Source: Minisyncoccota bacterium
GTDB taxonomy: Bacteria > Patescibacteriota > Minisyncoccia > UBA6257 > MFKM01
Reading direction: 5' to 3'
Assembly: GCA_036169835.1 (NCBI GenBank)
Contig: JAVHOD010000052.1
Span: 1 to 34,603, forward strand
Length of the DNA stretch: 34,603 nt
Shown: positions 30,353 to 34,603 of the stretch, one piece after another
How positions within the stretch are numbered: position 1 is the stretch's first letter
Layout: every line of letters begins with the position of its first letter
The notes under the pieces: generated by a model
The model's database searches: none
Told to the model about the DNA's origin: nothing
What the model saw: the letters and a program-made list of their open reading frames with translations, nothing else
Position numbers and translations under genes: made by a program

Positions 30353-31348
30353 TTATTTTTTGGCCGCCAACTGGCCGCAAGCGCCTTCAATGTCTTGGCC
30401 GAAACGATGTCTTTGAGTGACCGCCACGCCCTCTTTCTCTAAAATTTCTTTGAATTTTTTAATTTTTGAAGGAAGGGACGGCTCAAGGATTCCGGTTGGG
30501 TTGCAGGAAATCAGATTAACAAAACAAAGAGGTCTTTTCATCAATTTGGCTAATTTCTTGGCCTGATCTTCGGAATCGTTTGATTTTTTTATCATTATAT
30601 ATTCAAACATCACCCGCCGCCGGGTTTTCTTGATGTAATCGTCAGCCGCGGTTAAAATTTTTCTGATGGGATATTTTTTGTTAATCGGCATCAATTTTGA
30701 CCGGAGTTCGTCATCTGGCGCGTGGAGAGAAATAGCCAAATTTATTTGCAATCCTTCTTCGGCTAATTTTTCAATTCCTTCAACGATGCCAATCGTAGAG
30801 ATTGAAAAATGTCTGGCTCCCAAATTAAACCCCTCTTCATCATTGAGGATTCTAATCGCCGCTATCACATTTTCATAATTTAAAAACGGCTCTCCCATTC
30901 CCATAAAGACAACGTTGGATATCCTCTCTTTGGTATTTTTCAAATAACGGGCAAAAAATAAAACTTGCTCAACAATTTCCCAGACCTCAAGGTTTCTTTT
31001 AAATCCTATTTTTCCGGTGGCGCAGAAAGAACAATTCAAAAGGCAGCCGACCTGCGAAGAAACGCAAATGGTATTTCTTTTGTCTTTATGGCGCATTAAA
31101 ACGGTTTCAATTTTCAGATTATCTTCCAGAGTGATAAGGGCTTTTATCGCATTCCTATCTTTGGAAACTAATGTTTTTGCCGATATTTCAATCGGGCATT
31201 TTTTATTTAATTCTTCTCTCAGGATTAATGGCAGCGCCATCGCTTCCTGCCAGTTTTGGATTAAATCCTTGAAAAGGGCTTTTTGGGCTTGTTCCAAACG
31301 ATATTTCGGTTCTTTCTCAAATAATTTTTTAAATTGAATTAAATCCAT
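30353..31348 (-). CDS. rlmN: 23S rRNA/tRNA A2503-type radical SAM methyltransferase
   Basis: 331 aa with the CLLNCSFCATG radical-SAM motif, GMGEPFLNY, and a C-terminal catalytic Cys (GACGQL). Confidence 0.85.
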   Translation of the reverse strand: MDLIQFKKLFEKEPKYRLEQAQKALFKDLIQNWQEAMALPLILREELNKKCPIEISAKTLVSKDRNAIKALITLEDNLKIETVLMRHKDKRNTICVSSQVGCLLNCSFCATGKIGFKRNLEVWEIVEQVLFFARYLKNTKERISNVVFMGMGEPFLNYENVIAAIRILNDEEGFNLGARHFSISTIGIVEGIEKLAEEGLQINLAISLHAPDDELRSKLMPINKKYPIRKILTAADDYIKKTRRRVMFEYIMIKKSNDSEDQAKKLAKLMKRPLCFVNLISCNPTGILEPSLPSKIKKFKEILEKEGVAVTQRHRFGQDIEGACGQLAAKK

Positions 31349-31447
31349 AATGAGATTCTACTGCGTCCGTCCGAAGTCAACAAGACGAAGGAGGAACAAA
31401 AAATTTTGTTTGCCGACAGACAGACCTGTCTGACCGGTAGGCAGGTG

Positions 31448-31475
31448 CTATAAATTGAAAAATCCCCAATGAAGG
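31448..31475 (-). terminator. Rho-independent terminator after the RRM gene
   Basis: gaaaaatcccc-aatgaa-ggggatttttc; symmetric, with T/A runs on both sides. Confidence 0.8.
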
Positions 31476-31510
31476 GGATTTTTCAAAACGCTATTTAGCG
31501 TATTGCGAGA

Positions 31511-31825
31511 TTATCGTCCGTAGCCGCCGCGGCCTCCGCGATCGCGGTCAAATCCGCCTGTCCGAGGAGCGCGAGGTTCCATCGGGCGAGCTTCATTTAC
31601 CGTGACGGTCCGTCCGTCGAGCTCTTTGCCATTGAACATTTCAATCGCTTTTAAAGCTTCTTCGTCGGATGTCATTTCCACAAAACCGAATCCCTTTGAA
31701 CGTCCAGACATTCTGTCAATGATGACAGTCGCTGTTTCAACGGCTCCGGCTTTAGCAAATGTTTCTTTCAGAGTATCCGCAGTGGTGTCGTATGACAATC
31801 CACCTACATACAATTTTTTTGCCAT
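31511..31825 (-). CDS. RRM-type RNA-binding protein with an RGG tail
   Basis: 104 aa with KLYVGGLSY (RNP2) and KGFGFVEM (RNP1). The C-terminus reads GGFDRDRGGRGGYGR. Confidence 0.9.
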   Translation of the reverse strand: MAKKLYVGGLSYDTTADTLKETFAKAGAVETATVIIDRMSGRSKGFGFVEMTSDEEALKAIEMFNGKELDGRTVTVNEARPMEPRAPRTGGFDRDRGGRGGYGR

Positions 31826-31962
31826 AATATTTTCTTGTATTAAATTAATAATGAGTAAGTCGACCTAACTTCTTTACCTCTTGAACTTGCGCACTATTAC
31901 GTTATACAAGGAAAGAGAACCAGAAACTTACTTTTTCATACTACCTTATAATCTAAAATAAG

Positions 31963-33426
31963 TCAAGAGCGATAATGAAATCTATTTTTTGCCCGTTTGC
32001 CTTGCTTATTTTCCCGTTTGCGCGGGTTGTGAAGTGTTTCCCGACTATCAACTCGGCTTTCTGAAATAATTGTTCCTCCGCATAAACGAATGAACTGTTC
32101 GCGCATTGCGGTAATTTTGTTTTCTGTTATTTTGCCGAATGTGTCCATTGCCTGTTCCGATTGCGCGCGGAATTTTACGTCTTGAGCCAGCGCCTCCGGG
32201 TGTACTTTAAATGTATGTTCGTTCCAGCCGAGAAGATACAGGCCCGAAAGCCGCCTGACGCGCGAGAGCGCGACATAACCCTGCCCGAATTCAAAAACAG
32301 CGCTTAAATCCATCACTGCTTCGTCCAAGCTCATGCCCTGGCTTTTGTGCACTGTAATGGCCCAGGCCAGACGAAGCGGCAGTTGTGTAATCCGCGCGCG
32401 AATTTTTCCGTCTTCTTCTACCGCCCAGCTCATCGGTTCAACTTCAATTATTTTTCCGCTCCGCGTTTCCACAATCGGATTACCGGTGTACTCGCTGAAT
32501 TTTTTAACCAGGCCGAGCGTGCCGTTCATAAACCCTTCTTTCGGGCTGTTTTTTGTGAACATTATTGCCGCTCCGACTTTAAGATAAAGCGTTTCAGGCG
32601 AAAGACAACCTCTTTTAAGCGCGGAGGCAACGGCTTCCGGGCCCTGCGAGGACATATTAAATACCCGCGACACGCCGGAAAGTTTCGCGAGTATTTCGTT
32701 ATTAACGCGATCCACGTCGGCATTATGCGAAAAAAGTTTCAGTATGCCGTTGGGCGCGGCGTGATGCTCGATTTTTCTTGTTTCAATGTGCCGCAAGTGA
32801 TTATCATCAAACACATTGCGCCGCATTGCCGAAAGCAAGGCGAGAAATTTTTTATCGTCCTGCCGGTATTGCTCGGTGAGATAACAAACAGTCGGGTTCG
32901 CTCGTTCCCACGCCGGGGAATCATAAGCGAAACGGCATAACGGCTCTTCAATGAGCGTGGCTGGCGTGTTATTTTTTTCTTCCGTTTTCATAATCGGCGG
33001 CAACTGAAAAAAATCGCCGACCAAGATAATTTGGATGCCGCCGAACGGCTTCGGATTTTGTTTGATTTCGCGACAAACGGCATCAATCATGGAAAAAACA
33101 TTAGGAGAAAGCATGGACACTTCATCTATGATAAGAATTTTTGCGCGCTGAACGCGCTTCGCGACGAGTTTGTTTGACGCGATTTTACTAAGATCTGATT
33201 TACTCAAACTGGTTTTGATTCCGATGCCGCTCCAGGAGTGGATTGTTATCCCGCCAATGTGCGTCGCGGCAATGCCAGTTGAAGCCGTGATTGCCGGCTC
33301 AATGCCATGAGCGCGCAAATATTCCACGTACTCATTAATAGTATGCGTTTTGCCGGACCCCGGTTCGCCGGTTAAAAAAATATTCGCGCCGGTTTTCAAT
33401 ATTAATAGCGCTTGAGTTTGGGTCAT
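31963..33426 (-). CDS. Pif1/RecD-family (SF1B) ATP-dependent DNA helicase
   Basis: 487 aa with Walker A GEPGSGKTH and Walker B ILIIDEVSM, plus VGDFFQLPPI and the C-terminal ITVHKSQGMSLD motif. The tail is basic. Confidence 0.85.
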   Translation of the reverse strand: MTQTQALLILKTGANIFLTGEPGSGKTHTINEYVEYLRAHGIEPAITASTGIAATHIGGITIHSWSGIGIKTSLSKSDLSKIASNKLVAKRVQRAKILIIDEVSMLSPNVFSMIDAVCREIKQNPKPFGGIQIILVGDFFQLPPIMKTEEKNNTPATLIEEPLCRFAYDSPAWERANPTVCYLTEQYRQDDKKFLALLSAMRRNVFDDNHLRHIETRKIEHHAAPNGILKLFSHNADVDRVNNEILAKLSGVSRVFNMSSQGPEAVASALKRGCLSPETLYLKVGAAIMFTKNSPKEGFMNGTLGLVKKFSEYTGNPIVETRSGKIIEVEPMSWAVEEDGKIRARITQLPLRLAWAITVHKSQGMSLDEAVMDLSAVFEFGQGYVALSRVRRLSGLYLLGWNEHTFKVHPEALAQDVKFRAQSEQAMDTFGKITENKITAMREQFIRLCGGTIISESRVDSRETLHNPRKRENKQGKRAKNRFHYRS

Positions 33427-33499
33427 ATAAATTTTATCTGAACTATTCGCTTATTTTAGAGCATTATCGCAGAAAAATATACGCGAAAAAGTTTATTTA

Positions 33500-33566
33500 T
33501 CCCGATGGCGAAGTCCCGACGAAGTCGCGGATTCGCGATATAGTCGGAACCATCGTGGATCCTCGA
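33500..33566. repeat. GC-rich compound palindromic element (intergenic copy A)
   Basis: The sequence is tcccgatggc gaagtcccgacgaagtcgcggattcgcgat atagtcggaa ccatcgtggatcctcga. tcgcggattcgcgat pairs with atcgtggatcctcga (14 of 15 positions including wobbles). It shares its ends with copy B at 34528-34570. Confidence 0.75.
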
Positions 33567-33571
33567 TAAAT

Positions 33572-34603
33572 TTAATTCTTAAATTTATCGGGACAGCTTT
33601 TTCCGGCAATATAGCCGGTGCTCCAGCACATTTGCAGATTAAAGCCGCCGGTTTTTCCGTCAACATCAATAATTTCGCCCGCGAAAAACAGGTTATCAAT
33701 TATTTTTGATTGCATTGTTTTATGATCTATCTCCTTGAGAGATATTCCTCCGCTTGTAATTTTAGCTTCATCAAAACCCAAAATACTTTCTGCGGTAACT
33801 TCAAGATTTTTGAAAGTTTTTACTATTATTTTTTTCTCCGGGTTTGACAAGTTATTTGTCATTTTATTTTTATTTACGCCCGCGATGTTTAGTAAAACCT
33901 CGGCTAATTTTTCGGGCACGAAATCCGATAATGTGTTTTTAATATTTTTTTTCGGATATCTCTTGGAAGTTTCTTCGAGTTTTTTCCCAAGCTCTTCTTG
34001 GGTTAGCGACGGAAAAAAATCAAGGCCTATTTTTACGCCGTCTTTTTCCAACAGTTCTCTCACTTTGCCGCTGATGTTTAATACAGCCGGCCCGCTTATG
34101 CCAAAATGAGTAAACAGAATTTCTCCTTCTTCTGGAAATTGCTTTTTATTATCTTTTAAGATATTTATCTTAACGTCTTTTAAGCTTATTCCCTGTAGAT
34201 TTTTAACCCATTCTTCTTTCAATCTTATCGGAGACAAAGCGGGCATCGGTTTTATGATGGTATGCCCTAATTTTTCGGCCAATTTATAGCCCGAACCGTC
34301 AGAACCGGTTAAATGATAAGATTTCCCGCCGGTACAAAATATATATTTTTCAGCTGTAATTTCTCCGTTTTTTAAAATAAGCTTGGTGATTTTTTTATCT
34401 ACATGGCGAACAGACGCAACTTCAGAATTGAAAAGTATGTGCACTTTATTTTTTGCCAAATATTTATTTAACGCTTCCAAAACTTTTTCCGAGTCATCGC
34501 TTTTCGGGAAAACTCTTTTGCCGCTTTTCCCGATGGCTTTGCCATCGTGGATCCTCGACTCCGTCGGGACAATTTTAGTTTTTACTCCCAGTTTTTCAAA
34601 AAA
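33572..34603 (-). CDS. HI0933/aminoacetone-oxidase-family NAD(P)/FAD-dependent flavoprotein, C-terminal about 340 aa (5' end outside window)
   Basis: The frame is open from 34603 (FFEKLGVKTK...GKRVFPKSDDSEKVLEALNKYL...) to the stop at 33572. FFAGEIIDVDGKTGGFNLQMCWSTGYIAG is the typical family C-terminus. The ORF-track entry starts at an internal TTG. Confidence 0.85.
   Translation of the reverse strand, partial: FFEKLGVKTKIVPTESRIHDGKAIGKSGKRVFPKSDDSEKVLEALNKYLAKNKVHILFNSEVASVRHVDKKITKLILKNGEITAEKYIFCTGGKSYHLTGSDGSGYKLAEKLGHTIIKPMPALSPIRLKEEWVKNLQGISLKDVKINILKDNKKQFPEEGEILFTHFGISGPAVLNISGKVRELLEKDGVKIGLDFFPSLTQEELGKKLEETSKRYPKKNIKNTLSDFVPEKLAEVLLNIAGVNKNKMTNNLSNPEKKIIVKTFKNLEVTAESILGFDEAKITSGGISLKEIDHKTMQSKIIDNLFFAGEIIDVDGKTGGFNLQMCWSTGYIAGKSCPDKFKN
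34528..34570. repeat. GC-rich palindromic element copy B, in-frame inside the flavoprotein CDS
   Basis: tcccgatggc-tttg-ccatcgtggatcctcga-ctccgtcgggac. On the coding strand it encodes IVPTESRIHDGKAIG between KTK and KSGKRVFP. Confidence 0.7.

Noticed and set aside
33493-33699. 68-aa minus-strand ORF overlapping the flavoprotein 3' end and palindromic element A
   Set aside because: It runs through the palindromic repeat and out of frame over a well-supported CDS end. It has no motifs.
1-34603. Classical defence island, prophage, integron, CRISPR-Cas, toxin-antitoxin pair or transposon
   Set aside because: I recognise no integrase, transposase, recombinase, reverse transcriptase, Cas, restriction enzyme or phage structural genes. 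The Pif1-like helicase and the NYN protein are the only nucleic-acid enzymes that could belong to such systems. Only the NYN cassette shows insertion signatures.

Overview
Low-GC, very gene-dense bacterial chromosome segment with about 45 credible protein genes. Start/stop overlaps of 4-14 nt are frequent and -10 boxes are TAGAAT-like. I see no rRNA, canonical tRNA, CRISPR array, transposase or integrase.

Gene order: pth (partial) | lepB; hisS-HIT-rpsU-ybeY-ftsA-ftsZ; a small NYN-domain cassette; convergent nrdD-nrdG (anaerobic RNR); a FabZ-like hotdog gene behind a tRNA-like leader; iorAB; SIMPL protein; Zn-ribbon miniprotein; a large secreted Cys-repeat protein; a P1B-like ATPase; a polysaccharide deacetylase; a grx-like/FTRc/ABC-2 exporter operon; DUF167; an ECF sigma / anti-sigma / MacAB-type efflux module; DUF192; hemerythrin; csp; rlmN; RRM protein; Pif1-like helicase; HI0933-type flavoprotein (partial).

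The content and style suggest a Patescibacteria/CPR-like organism: anaerobic RNR, reduced metabolism, many small membrane-anchored hypotheticals, and a CxxC Zn-ribbon miniprotein. This is inference only.

The unusual signal is several layers of small repeated or structured DNA rather than a classical defence or mobile island:
1. Three inverted-repeat-bounded elements fill the pth/lepB, lepB/hisS and ftsA/ftsZ spacers. They carry 4-bp flanking duplications, and two of these contain the downstream start codon.
2. An NYN-nuclease gene plus an unassigned structured noncoding segment is flanked by a duplicated copy of the ftsZ 3' end.
3. A roughly 124-nt tRNA-like structure without a canonical anticodon loop lies in the leader of the hotdog gene.
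4. Short GC hairpin modules, several centred on GGATCC, occur in spacers and also in-frame inside at least four CDSs (nrdG, iorA, the ECF sigma, the flavoprotein).
5. A GC-rich island with an 18-bp perfect inverted repeat and reiterated GAGCGAGCG lies between convergent genes.

All family calls are motif recognition by eye. No searches or folding programs were run.
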